Virus record (IMG/VR): IMGVR_UViG_3300034079_000006 | Location: 1-40,043 of that record | Reading direction: 5' to 3' (one strand) | Source of the DNA: a virus | Taxonomy: Duplodnaviria > Caudoviricetes | DNA: 40,043 bases | Shown here: one piece after another, positions 1 to 8,732 of the stretch | Layout: every line of letters begins with the position of its first letter | Position numbering within the stretch: position 1 is the first letter of the stretch | The notes under the pieces: model-generated | The model's database searches: none | Told to the model about the DNA's origin: nothing | What the model saw: the letters and a program-made list of their open reading frames with translations, nothing else | Program-made: the position numbers and the translations under genes

Positions 1-127
1 GGGCCAGGCCATGCTGATGCCACACTATTAAAACTATATCTCGCAGCAGGTGCACAAGGCATCCCAGAGGGCTATCAACTGGTGCCTATGGAGCCGACGC
101 AGGAAATGCTGACTGCCGGGCACCAGT
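1..127. repeat. 127-bp terminal direct repeat, identical to 39917-40043 (circular assembly overlap)
   Basis: Exact identity of the first and last 127 nt; an ORF reads in frame across the junction. Confidence 0.95.
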
Positions 128-219
128 GTCCAGTGATTGATGATGGTAGTGAAGATGGCCCAGAGGATTACAGGGCTGTGTATAAAGCAATGCTGATAGC
201 AGCAAAGGAGCAATCATGA
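1..219 (+). CDS. 3' part of a 165-aa hypothetical phage protein that starts at 39638 and spans the circular junction
   Basis: Frame 1 is open 1-219 (GPGHADATLLKLYLAAGAQGIPEGYQLVPMEPTQEML...YKAMLIAAKEQS*); ends in an ATGA overlap with the next gene. Confidence 0.8.
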   Translation, partial: GPGHADATLLKLYLAAGAQGIPEGYQLVPMEPTQEMLTAGHQCPVIDDGSEDGPEDYRAVYKAMLIAAKEQS

Positions 220-623
220 CAGACACACTTAGCAAAGCAGTCTTCACAGTGCTGGAGGGCTTCACACTTCCGCATGATGCGCGAAAGATTCTTGAGACTG
301 CTTATTACGCACAGCCAGTGCAGCAGGAGCCAATTGTTTGTACAAAGACATGGTTTGATGGTGAGAAGGTTATCACCAAAAACCTGACAGTAAGCGACGT
401 TTACGCGCCCCCAGTGCCAACATAAGAGCAGCCAAACGACGATTTGACCATTGCATACATGAGCGGGTTCCACGAGCAGATTGAAATGCTGAACTTCTTG
501 TACGGATCTGGTGAATTGGATGGCGTGTGGTTTGGAGAACGTCACCCCACTGCAAAAGGCGCGTTTTTGTGGCGTAAACATTTGCGCCGTGTTTTTGATG
601 ATGACATCAAGGAGGGCTCATGA
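216..623 (+). pseudogene. Hypothetical early protein interrupted by an in-frame TAA at 423-425
   Basis: The frame continues after the TAA (EQPNDDLTIAYMSGFHEQ...WFGERHPTAKGAFLWRKHLRR...) to an ATGA overlap with the gene at 620. Confidence 0.65.
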
Positions 624-985
624 AAGACGCAGCACTGAAACTGGCGCTGGATGCGCTGGAGAACTCGGTGGATTTGGTCTTTGAAGCGCATACCGAGGCG
701 GTTCGCCGGTATGGCGATTACCCGTCCAGAAAAGGAAAAATTGACGGGCTTAAGGTACTGGCCGACGCACACCAAGGGGCCATCGATGCAATCAAGGCAG
801 CACTGGCGCAACCAGCGCAGCAACCCATTGGCGACAAGCGCATTGATCCAAAAGACATTTGCCAGCGTGAATTTGTGGGTCTGACGGAGGATGAAATGCA
901 AGAGACTTGCGTTGATGCTTTTTCGTATGACCCTTATGTGATCGCGCGGGCCATCGAAGCCAAGCTGAAGGAGCGAAACACATGA
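620..985 (+). CDS. Hypothetical phage protein
   Basis: 121-aa ORF, GGAG RBS, ATGA coupling at both ends, C-terminal motif typical of small phage early proteins (FVGLTEDE...ARAIEAKLKERNT). Confidence 0.8.
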   Translation: MKDAALKLALDALENSVDLVFEAHTEAVRRYGDYPSRKGKIDGLKVLADAHQGAIDAIKAALAQPAQQPIGDKRIDPKDICQREFVGLTEDEMQETCVDAFSYDPYVIARAIEAKLKERNT

Positions 986-1122
986 CGCTGATCAACGCAA
1001 ATGAGGTTTCAACCATGCTAGGGTTATCCCTAACAAAAGTTTACGAATTGGCACGGTCTGGTGAGATACCCTGCTTTAAATTCGGCAGTCAAAATGCCGT
1101 GGCTTCATTTTCACGATGTTAG
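982..1122 (+). pseudogene. xis: Excisionase-like HTH protein, C-terminally truncated or fused
   Basis: MTLINANEVSTMLGLSLTKVYELARSGEIPCFKFG is a Xis/MerR-type HTH pattern; after FG it runs into out-of-frame integrase sequence. Confidence 0.7.
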
Positions 1123-1282
1123 GCATTCGGAGGCGAGTGCCATGATTCAGGACGGGGTTGATATTCACACTGTGGGGGCTGTGCTGGGCCACAGGAGCGT
1201 AGCAAGTACCCGAAGGTATAGCCACCTAGCCATGGAAAACTTAAAGGCCGCTATTGGCCGCATTGTAAGGAAAGCAGCATGA
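1085..1282 (+). pseudogene. int: C-terminal fragment of a tyrosine recombinase (integrase)
   Basis: FHDVRH...LGH...TRRY carries the HxxR, H and Y catalytic motifs; the N-terminal region, including the first catalytic Arg, is missing. Confidence 0.85.
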
Positions 1283-1443
1283 ACATGCAAGCTCTTTCCG
1301 TAGCTCTTGCTAAAGCAAAACTCCCGGTCAAAGTCATTGACGGAGTTGAGCATTTCCGCTTTGGGGATATGGTTGATCTGTTGCACGGCATCAAGTCAGA
1401 TGATGTCAAGAAATCACCCATCAAGATTCAAACTGCTACATAA
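1279..1443 (+). CDS. Small hypothetical protein (54 aa)
   Basis: MNMQALSVALAKAKLPVKVIDGVEHFRFGDMVDLLHG...; ATGA overlap with the int stub. Confidence 0.55.
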   Translation: MNMQALSVALAKAKLPVKVIDGVEHFRFGDMVDLLHGIKSDDVKKSPIKIQTAT

Positions 1444-1471
1444 TGAATAGTGCTGAATCTAATGTTTATGC

Positions 1472-1515
1472 TGTAGGCGCGACCAATAGTCGAACTTGGC
1501 TAGACGGATTTGCAA
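1472..1515 (-). other. Degenerate attP core: 3' half of a tRNA-Cys(GCA)
   Basis: Minus strand TTGCAAA-TCCGT-CTAG-CCAAG-TTCGACT-ATTGG-TCGCGCC-TACA is colinear with the proteobacterial tRNA-Cys from anticodon loop to CCA; located just downstream of the integrase stub. Confidence 0.8.
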
Positions 1516-1543
1516 GCGGTTTAGTTGCCAGATTCACCAGCAA

Positions 1544-1556
1544 AATCAACAACTTG
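1544..1556 (+). promoter_or_regulatory. IHF binding site in the attP arm
   Basis: AATCAACAACTTG matches the IHF consensus WATCAANNNNTTR, ~30 bp from the att core. Confidence 0.6.
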
Positions 1557-1706
1557 CAAGGGTCTAAAAACGTGCTATTCAGAAACAACCTTACAAGCCC
1601 GTATTTTAAGCTACTTCGGCCAGATCGCCACCGTAGCTTTGCACCAGGTGTAAAAATGGAATGCGAAACTTTTTGGCCTCACATTCCTGGTAAACGAAAT
1701 TCGATG

Positions 1707-2231
1707 TCAGGGCTGCGCTCTCACTGAAAATGTATCTGCCCGGCAGCTGATGTAGGCGCTGTTGATGTCGTCGGCCTCTTTGAGTCGGGCTCGAAGTAAT
1801 CCAGAAAGCTCTGCTGAAAGTAGCCCACCGGCTTCGGCAGGGTCTGCTGCACTATCACCGGCGGCGGCGGCAGTTGCACCCGGGGCGCCACCACCACCGC
1901 CCCCACATCCGGTGGCGTTGGGGTCGCGCAGCCTGCCAGCAGGGCCGGCAATATCGCGCAAGCGAGCAGACAGGCCCGCCACTGTTTTTTGATGATCTGC
2001 ATCTTTTCGCTCCTGGGTGTTTTTGAAGTTTTGCAACGCCTGTTCGGCGCGGCGAGTGTTTTGGATCTCAGTGGCCAATGTGCCGGCCGCTTCCGTTTTT
2101 TGCTTTTCGATGGCAATGGTGTCGACCGCCAACTGTCGCGCCGCGCCACGGCCCTCGATGTAGCGCTCTCCAAAAAAAAGCGCGGCCAGCAGCGCCAGGC
2201 CGACGCCGATCTTGATTAAAGCGTCGTTCAT
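1707..2231 (-). CDS. Inner-membrane spanin (Rz-like)
   Basis: N-terminal TM helix, coiled-coil periplasmic region, follows the endolysin. Confidence 0.8.
   Translation of the reverse strand: MNDALIKIGVGLALLAALFFGERYIEGRGAARQLAVDTIAIEKQKTEAAGTLATEIQNTRRAEQALQNFKNTQERKDADHQKTVAGLSARLRDIAGPAGRLRDPNATGCGGGGGGAPGATAAAAGDSAADPAEAGGLLSAELSGLLRARLKEADDINSAYISCRADTFSVRAQP
1721..2002 (-). CDS. Outer-membrane spanin lipoprotein (Rz1-like), embedded in the Rz gene
   Basis: MQIIKKQWRACLLACAILPALLAGC signal peptide with LAGC lipobox; Pro-rich; alternative frame within Rz. Confidence 0.8.
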   Translation of the reverse strand: MQIIKKQWRACLLACAILPALLAGCATPTPPDVGAVVVAPRVQLPPPPVIVQQTLPKPVGYFQQSFLDYFEPDSKRPTTSTAPTSAAGQIHFQ

Positions 2232-2671
2232 GCCAGACCCCTTGCATTAATGATCTCAATCGTGATCGCTTCCCCGCGCGCGATCGCGCCACGCAGCTCT
2301 TGCTTGACCAGGTTCACCGCCGGGCGCGATGTGCCGCCGACCAGGCTGACCTCGGTGGCCTGCATGCCCAGCAGGATGCAGCCCTCAGTGTCCGCGCTCG
2401 TATTGCCAGCGTGCATGCGGATGTACTTAAAGCCCGGCACATCGTTGATGGTGGGCGTGTCCGGGCCAAACCGCCCGCTTTGCTCCAGCGTGACGCGGTA
2501 GATGCCTTGCGGGATGGCGGTGGCGCCTTTGATCTTCCAATCCAGCACCGGCGCGCCCTCGATCTCGCGCACCTCATCTTCCAGCGTGGCGCAGGCAAAA
2601 ACGCCGTCGATGTGCAGTTTGCCAATAGTGGCGCCGCCGACGGATTCACGGCGGTGAATGGTGAGTTTCAT
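2228..2671 (-). CDS. Putative endolysin, DUF5675 / L,D-peptidase-like
   Basis: TLED...TAIPQGIY...IRMHAGNTSADTEGCILLG motif with a His...Cys pair; lies between holins and spanins. Confidence 0.75.
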   Translation of the reverse strand: MKLTIHRRESVGGATIGKLHIDGVFACATLEDEVREIEGAPVLDWKIKGATAIPQGIYRVTLEQSGRFGPDTPTINDVPGFKYIRMHAGNTSADTEGCILLGMQATEVSLVGGTSRPAVNLVKQELRGAIARGEAITIEIINARGLA

Positions 2672-2704
2672 ATCAACCTTTCTTGATTCGGATATGGACG
2701 TGGC

Positions 2705-3007
2705 TCATCGTGTCTCCAGCCAGTCAGTGGCGCGGCGGTGTGCCATGCGTGAGCGCTGCGCCCGGGTACGCCACAGATAGCCCGCAGCGCAAATCAGCAG
2801 GCCCAGGCTGATCAGTGCGTGGGCGAATACCAGCGGGCCGGCGCCTGCTGGCTCCACGCCGAGGAAAAACGCGCCCAGAAAGCCAAGTGACACCAGCGCC
2901 AGGCCGATCTTGATCACGATGCCGTCGCGCACGCAGGGCGACATCACGGCCCACCCGGCAAATGCCGAGAGTGCCAACGACATGAGTGTGTTGAGTGCGT
3001 TGAGCAT
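2705..3007 (-). CDS. Membrane protein, holin/antiholin-like
   Basis: Three hydrophobic segments, basic C-terminus, lysis cassette position. Confidence 0.65.
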   Translation of the reverse strand: MLNALNTLMSLALSAFAGWAVMSPCVRDGIVIKIGLALVSLGFLGAFFLGVEPAGAGPLVFAHALISLGLLICAAGYLWRTRAQRSRMAHRRATDWLETR

Positions 3008-3011
3008 GGTC

Positions 3012-3326
3012 TTACCCCTTGCGGCTGAGCCAGCCAGTCAGAATTTCTCCCACCTTCAACTCGCGCAAACCGGCCATCACGGCGGCCGCCAGACTGAGCC
3101 CAAACATGCCAATCACAAAAGCTAAAAAGCCCAGCATGGACAAGCTTTTGAGCCCGAAACCCTCCCAGGCTGCAGGCGCCCCGACGATGGCAAAAGCACT
3201 GCCGATGGCCACGTTGGACAAGCGCTCAAGCCAGCTATTGCCAGGAGCCAGGCGCAGGCTGATCAAGGCACCAACAACACCAAGTGAGAGCGGGTTGGCG
3301 ATTAGTTTTTGTGGGTCGATGTCCAT
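3012..3326 (-). CDS. Holin
   Basis: 104 aa, three predicted TM segments, first gene of the lysis cassette. Confidence 0.7.
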   Translation of the reverse strand: MDIDPQKLIANPLSLGVVGALISLRLAPGNSWLERLSNVAIGSAFAIVGAPAAWEGFGLKSLSMLGFLAFVIGMFGLSLAAAVMAGLRELKVGEILTGWLSRKG

Positions 3327-3432
3327 GGGGTCAGTCCTTTTTTAAAGTTTTGTAGACGTATTAAATATCTATTGATTTGGTAATGCCTTTAGCTATCTAC
3401 TTTCAAATTTCCTTGCCCGTAAATAGTAATTT

Positions 3433-5511
3433 TTAAGTCGCCGTGAAATATGTCCCACTAACGACAAATACACCGTCAATACTGACCTCATTTATGGTCA
3501 TTGCTGCGTCGCCTGATGTAGATGTGAAAGCCGTTTTTCTCAGTTCGATGTAGCTAACGCCTCCTGCCATGCGGGCTTGTAAAAACGCCGCAGCTGCCAT
3601 GTTCAGCCCTGATGTGAAGCTGACGTTGAACGCAAAAAGCCGTGCAGCCTTGCTGGCATATGGCATTCCAATAACGAAGGCGGAATCTGTCCCGGTAAGC
3701 GTTCCTAGCCCCGTCAGCGCAAGTGTTAACGAAAAGTCAACCTTGTTACCGATTTTTGTGTATTCACCCGTCTGGATCGAATAGGTTGCGCCCTCTGCCG
3801 CCAACCCAAAGTCGGCCAGAACGGGCGTGAACGATCCCTCCTCATAGTCATCAAGCGTGTTGGGGTCTGTTGATGGTGCTTGCACTGCCGGAAACCGCAT
3901 ATTGCCAAAAGTAATTGATGCACCGGCAGAATACAAAATGCGGTTATTGCGTGAGGTGAGTTGTAGCTCTGTGCCAATGCCGGTCGTGAACGCCTCGGAG
4001 AATCGGAAAGAGCAATTACTCGCCACGTTTCCACCGCTGTCAATCGCAGCGAAATCACCTGTTGTAGATGTGCCAGTGATGTCAAGATCAAAGTCTGACA
4101 GGTAGCTAGCCGCTGGTAATCCACTTGACCCCGCCGCTGCACCACCAATTTGCGCTTTGTAACCGCAAGCGCCCTTATTGCCTGTGACCTTGGCATTGGC
4201 GTTGTGGGCGTATGCCACGGTGAGTGCCCCCACTTCCGCAACAGTGTCAGCGGCAAACCACTTCGCCCCGGTGTAGCTCAAAATACGCGCTGCCGCCGTC
4301 TTCGTAGTCACCACTTTGCATTCAACGTCAATTCCGTGAGCACGCCCAATCGCCACGTCATTCATGCAGTTGATCGTTGTCGCCCTGACTTTCAGCCCGC
4401 TTGACATGTCTTTTGTCAGTGCAGCCGAGGCAGCACCTGCCGAGAACACAACACCTTGACGGCAATCCTCGGCCACGAGATCAATATCAATGCTGGTTTT
4501 CTTGGTCATCGACGCAACCAAATCAAGCTCCAGCCCGAAGCCGTAAACGCAGCCTCTTGCCATCACCCGCGCCACCAGCGTGCCGCATTCAAGCGTCTGC
4601 CCCGCTGTAGGGGTCTGGATGCTCAAGCCCTTACCGCCATCAATATAAGTCGTCTTGTCAATAAATGCGCAGTTGTAAGGCGAGATTTCAAGCGTCAGAT
4701 TGTCGTAGCCATTTGTAATTGAGCAGCCATTTGACCCGGCAGTTGATCCTGATATTGTGGAGGTGAGTGTTGGGAAACCCTTAACATGAAAATTCTTCAG
4801 GCCGTTTAGCTGGAATACATCAGCGCCATTGACAGAGTTAGTAGCGAAAACAGTTGCTGGACCGTCGCAATAGAGTGTGACGTTGTTGCAATCGAGCAGC
4901 GTTGCAACCACCGCTTGCCGCCATGGGAAACTAGACTCCCCAATCTCATACAAGCCAGCCGGGGCGTACAGATCATGCGATGCGGCCAGCGCAGCAGTCC
5001 ATGCTTTATTGCACGCTGTGTACATATCAAGCCGGTCTTGGGCCGTGTAGACGCCCGCTGCCACGACATCTTTTAGGTCGTCAATCATGAAGTCCAACAG
5101 GGATTTTATTTCACGGTTTTTGCGTTGGATAGTGGTAGCAACCGCCCCCGTCCCTGCTGGCAGATAGCCCACCAGACTTGCACCAGAGGATGCGGCGAGG
5201 TCTGTGCGGAGGCTGTCAAGACTAGAAACATCAAGCGCAGACGCAATGAATGCCTGCGTCTTGTCTCGGACAGTGATTGAGAAAATGTTCGGGCTTGTGT
5301 AAAGCCTAGCTGGAGACCCGTTGCGCGACAAATACCCATTGATTGTGCGAATTGGTTGAGCGGCTGGGATGGTTAATGCATCATCCCAATAAACTGCGAT
5401 TGGATTTGTTTCCGGGTTTTGGTTTGCTGTCCCAATGTAAACATAGCCGTTATCCAATGGATTCCCACTGGTATCTAGAAATTGCTCAAAAGGGAATGTG
5501 ACTTGTAGCAT
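3433..5511 (-). CDS. Tailspike / receptor-binding protein with P22-type head-binding N-domain
   Basis: N-terminus GNPLDNGYVYIGTANQNPETNPIAVYWD...QPIRTINGY typical of P22-like tailspike attachment domains; beta-helix-like central region; NTLDDYEEGSFTP motif before the C-terminal domain. Confidence 0.85.
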   Translation of the reverse strand: MLQVTFPFEQFLDTSGNPLDNGYVYIGTANQNPETNPIAVYWDDALTIPAAQPIRTINGYLSRNGSPARLYTSPNIFSITVRDKTQAFIASALDVSSLDSLRTDLAASSGASLVGYLPAGTGAVATTIQRKNREIKSLLDFMIDDLKDVVAAGVYTAQDRLDMYTACNKAWTAALAASHDLYAPAGLYEIGESSFPWRQAVVATLLDCNNVTLYCDGPATVFATNSVNGADVFQLNGLKNFHVKGFPTLTSTISGSTAGSNGCSITNGYDNLTLEISPYNCAFIDKTTYIDGGKGLSIQTPTAGQTLECGTLVARVMARGCVYGFGLELDLVASMTKKTSIDIDLVAEDCRQGVVFSAGAASAALTKDMSSGLKVRATTINCMNDVAIGRAHGIDVECKVVTTKTAAARILSYTGAKWFAADTVAEVGALTVAYAHNANAKVTGNKGACGYKAQIGGAAAGSSGLPAASYLSDFDLDITGTSTTGDFAAIDSGGNVASNCSFRFSEAFTTGIGTELQLTSRNNRILYSAGASITFGNMRFPAVQAPSTDPNTLDDYEEGSFTPVLADFGLAAEGATYSIQTGEYTKIGNKVDFSLTLALTGLGTLTGTDSAFVIGMPYASKAARLFAFNVSFTSGLNMAAAAFLQARMAGGVSYIELRKTAFTSTSGDAAMTINEVSIDGVFVVSGTYFTAT

Positions 5512-7434
5512 TTATTTTCCTTCTGCATTCAGTGATGCGGTAATTTTTGCACGTAGTTTTTTATCTTTTATCATGGATGCGATTTGTCGCAGTCCAGATA
5601 CAACAGGTACAGGCAGTCCAAACATAGCCCCTGCTGCCCCAGCTTCGGCTAATGCTGCCATTAGTACCCCTGCAGTTCCTGACGTGTTTATTAGAGTTCC
5701 AGGCGGCACGGTGTTGACATACTTTACGACTTCATTCAGTAATTGCATTTGTTCAGCGCCTTGCTTTCCAAATACGATATCGAGCCTGCCATTCTTATCC
5801 AATGTATTAATTACTTGGTGTAGTTTCGCTGTAGATACAAGCGGCCTGCCAGCGCTATCGGTATTCATTCCTGATGTAGCTTGATCACGGATATAGTTAA
5901 CAGTTGCACCCTGCAATTCTTTCCATGCCTGTTTTCCACTATCTCCGCTGGTCTGGAGAACGCGTTTCAAGAATCTTATTTCTTCCGGCGCGCCGCCAAG
6001 AATCGTTTTGTTGAAAACCTGATCAATGGCAACTTTTGGATCGGACATGCCTTTACGGTTGCTGATCAAGTCGGCGATGATTGCGCGGTTCTCGTAGCGC
6101 TCAGATTGCTGTCGCCTAAGTTCTTTTGCTTTTTGATACAGCGGTCCTGCAACAGGATCAGTCTGAGCGTCGATTAATTTTTTCAAAACTGTTGAATCTC
6201 TGATGTCGGTTGCGTCATATCCAGTCGCTTGACTAATCTCCCTACGCCAATCCTCCATAGCCTTGACATTGGCAGTTTTTGGAATCAACTGACCATCATC
6301 TCCAATTTCTGCAATTCCAAGTTTTACCGCATATTGTTTCGCATGATCTGCCAATGCAGTGGTTTTTAGGCCCGTCGGCCTTTCATTTAAATATGAAATC
6401 GGAGATGCTGTTATTTCAAATTCACCAGAACCAATTGTTACAGGGGTTTCAATATCAACCTTTGCAAGCGCCTCAGGTGACTTATTGGCCGCGTTATAGG
6501 CTGATCGTGTTTTTGCTTTTGCTTGGGCTAGCCCGCTTACAAGTGGAGCTGTAACGCTTCGGCCAGTGGCGGAAATATCCGGGGCTTGCGCGCCTGTTTG
6601 ATCGATAAATGATTCAAAATTCGCCAAAATCTGCCGATTATTTTCTTCGGCCCGCTGGCGAAGCGGAGATCCAAATTCTGCGGATTTCATCTGCTCTTTT
6701 TCAAATCCGAGTTGCCCGGCGTTCCGTGTTGCTGCCCCCCTGGTTAATTCCACTGGAACGGGTAGACTTCTCGCCGCTTCAATGCGCATTTGGGCAAGAT
6801 CAGCTGCAGCCGCACCGCCAGATTCTCCAAATGTGGCCGCCTCTGGTGCTTTAGTCATTGCCTGTTTCACAGCCTGTACGCCACTTTGCGCCGCTCGCTG
6901 AATGGGCGCAGCCGCTCGCTGCATGGTAGCTGTCACGATTGGAGCTGCGGATTTTGCGCCCGTTGCTACAGCCCCAACTTGTCCGGCTAGTGGCGCAACC
7001 GGGATCAGGTTTTGAAGTGCTCCACCGATTGCCTGGACTTGCTCCTGGCCAGCCTGAGTGCGTGGGGCATACGTTAATGCCTCCGCACCTTTGATCGCAG
7101 ATTGTTCAACCAACCTAGCGGCTTCAGGCGTTCCAAATTGTCCAGACAGGATTTGTTCTGCCAGTCCTTTTAATGTCCCGCCAATCATACCCACCGCGCC
7201 GCCTGTGGCCCCTGTGGCAAGCGTCAAACCCGCTTCTCCTGCTCCTATGGCCTGATCGACAAACGACGGTTCTGAAGCTTGTTGAATGGTTTCAGGAATA
7301 ACTGATCCTGGAATTAGGTTTGCAGAATCAGCCCGGGCGGACGTAATAGCGGCGGCAAGCTTTCGTGCAGCATCCATGTCGCCCGCTTTGTCAGCGTTAC
7401 GTAAGGCGTTTTCAAGCTGGGCCAGAGTTGCCAC
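5512..7434 (-). CDS. DNA ejection (internal virion) protein, gp16 position
   Basis: 640 aa, Ala/Gly/Gln-rich; third of three consecutive ejection-type genes before the tailspike. Confidence 0.65.
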   Translation of the reverse strand: MATLAQLENALRNADKAGDMDAARKLAAAITSARADSANLIPGSVIPETIQQASEPSFVDQAIGAGEAGLTLATGATGGAVGMIGGTLKGLAEQILSGQFGTPEAARLVEQSAIKGAEALTYAPRTQAGQEQVQAIGGALQNLIPVAPLAGQVGAVATGAKSAAPIVTATMQRAAAPIQRAAQSGVQAVKQAMTKAPEAATFGESGGAAAADLAQMRIEAARSLPVPVELTRGAATRNAGQLGFEKEQMKSAEFGSPLRQRAEENNRQILANFESFIDQTGAQAPDISATGRSVTAPLVSGLAQAKAKTRSAYNAANKSPEALAKVDIETPVTIGSGEFEITASPISYLNERPTGLKTTALADHAKQYAVKLGIAEIGDDGQLIPKTANVKAMEDWRREISQATGYDATDIRDSTVLKKLIDAQTDPVAGPLYQKAKELRRQQSERYENRAIIADLISNRKGMSDPKVAIDQVFNKTILGGAPEEIRFLKRVLQTSGDSGKQAWKELQGATVNYIRDQATSGMNTDSAGRPLVSTAKLHQVINTLDKNGRLDIVFGKQGAEQMQLLNEVVKYVNTVPPGTLINTSGTAGVLMAALAEAGAAGAMFGLPVPVVSGLRQIASMIKDKKLRAKITASLNAEGK

Positions 7435-7436
7435 GG

Positions 7437-8732
7437 TTAGCCCCCGTATTTCTTGAGCAGCGCATCAATATCCCCTGCTCCCGTATCTGCGGCTGGGGTA
7501 TCCGGGATTGACTCAGGAACTCCGTAACGCCTCGATAAATTTGCCCGCCCCTTGAGAATCAATCGTTGCGCTTCACGGACATTTTCAAGAAGTCGTTCAG
7601 GGGATTGTTTCAAACTGAAATTTTGCAACGCGGCTTGCAATTTCTCGCCCTCTGCGTTCGATAGGGCACCCATACCTTTGATATTGGGGATTTGGGCCAG
7701 GAATGCTTGTGAGCCAAGGGTTTCTACTAAGCCCTCAAAATCTGCTGTATCTTGGCTTGTTGTAAGCATGCGCGCAGAAATTGGACCAGCAGCAGATCCA
7801 ACTACACCAACAGGTGTTTTCAAAATACGATCAGCCGTGTTCAGCATGTTGTCCATGTTGGATCGTGCAGACTCTACATCCGCCTCTTTTGCCCTGATCG
7901 TCTCGTCTCTTTTTTGCGCAAGCTCTCCTACTTTCAATTGCAGTTCTTGCCGCTTCAAGTCATTTCCAGCCCTTGAAATAGCCAAATTAGCGGCTGCAAT
8001 CTGTGAATTCTGCTTTGCAATCTTGATGTCTTCTTGAATCTTTGTGATGTCCCAGCCTTTCTTTTGCAGATCAATCACTGCATCGGATTCAGCGAACTTC
8101 GCAGCGACTGCGGCTTTTTGTGCATCAGACTGCGCCTTCGACAATTCCGCTGGCGCTTTCTCTTCAGCCCGGCGCTCGGTCCCGAGTTTTGTAACCCCTT
8201 CAATAACCTTGTCCCCGCCGGGAATCTGTGTCAGCAACAAGCCAATATTAGTACGTGCCATTGCCGGATTCAGTTTGGCGATTTGCGCATAAGTCTCAGC
8301 CGCCTTTGCTCCTGCTTCATCTCCAGAATTCCTCAAGGCTGCTGCCTCTTCTGCCAGCAAATCTTGCGCGATTTCAGGAACATCAGAGTTGAGTGCAGCC
8401 AGTACTTGGCCAGTTTTACTGAGGCGCGATTTCTGTTTTTCAGCGTCGAGCATGTCCCACGCTTTGCGGGTACTTTCGGCTTGGTCTTTCGGCATCAGCA
8501 TGGACAATTGCGCGTAGTCCTTAGCTGTAGGGTTTGGATTTGACATCACGGATTTAATGCGCGCGCTCAACGCCCGCTGCTGCTCCAATGCCATCTGATC
8601 CTGTTGCAGCTTCAATTGCTGGGCCTCGCGTTCTGCCTGCATTTGCTGGATGCCAGATCCAAACTGGAAGCCCTGTGCAGCCGCCTGAAATGGCGATTGA
8701 ACGTCTTGGATGTAGTTGATTGGCGCTACCAT
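7437..8732 (-). CDS. DNA ejection protein, gp20-like
   Basis: 431 aa helical, Ala/Gln-rich; C-terminal KGMGALSNAEGEKL motif seen in gp20-like proteins; synteny. Confidence 0.7.
   Translation of the reverse strand: MVAPINYIQDVQSPFQAAAQGFQFGSGIQQMQAEREAQQLKLQQDQMALEQQRALSARIKSVMSNPNPTAKDYAQLSMLMPKDQAESTRKAWDMLDAEKQKSRLSKTGQVLAALNSDVPEIAQDLLAEEAAALRNSGDEAGAKAAETYAQIAKLNPAMARTNIGLLLTQIPGGDKVIEGVTKLGTERRAEEKAPAELSKAQSDAQKAAVAAKFAESDAVIDLQKKGWDITKIQEDIKIAKQNSQIAAANLAISRAGNDLKRQELQLKVGELAQKRDETIRAKEADVESARSNMDNMLNTADRILKTPVGVVGSAAGPISARMLTTSQDTADFEGLVETLGSQAFLAQIPNIKGMGALSNAEGEKLQAALQNFSLKQSPERLLENVREAQRLILKGRANLSRRYGVPESIPDTPAADTGAGDIDALLKKYGG

Noticed and set aside
1-127. Biological direct terminal repeat of the virion DNA
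   Set aside because: 127 nt equals a common assembler k-mer length and falls mid-gene; more likely a circularization overlap
1472-1515. Functional tRNA-Cys gene
   Set aside because: Only the 3' half is present; no D-arm or 5' acceptor strand upstream, and conserved positions are altered
1443-1727. 94-aa plus-strand ORF
   Set aside because: It overlaps the attP core and IHF site, has no recognisable motif and collides with the spanin 3' end; likely spurious
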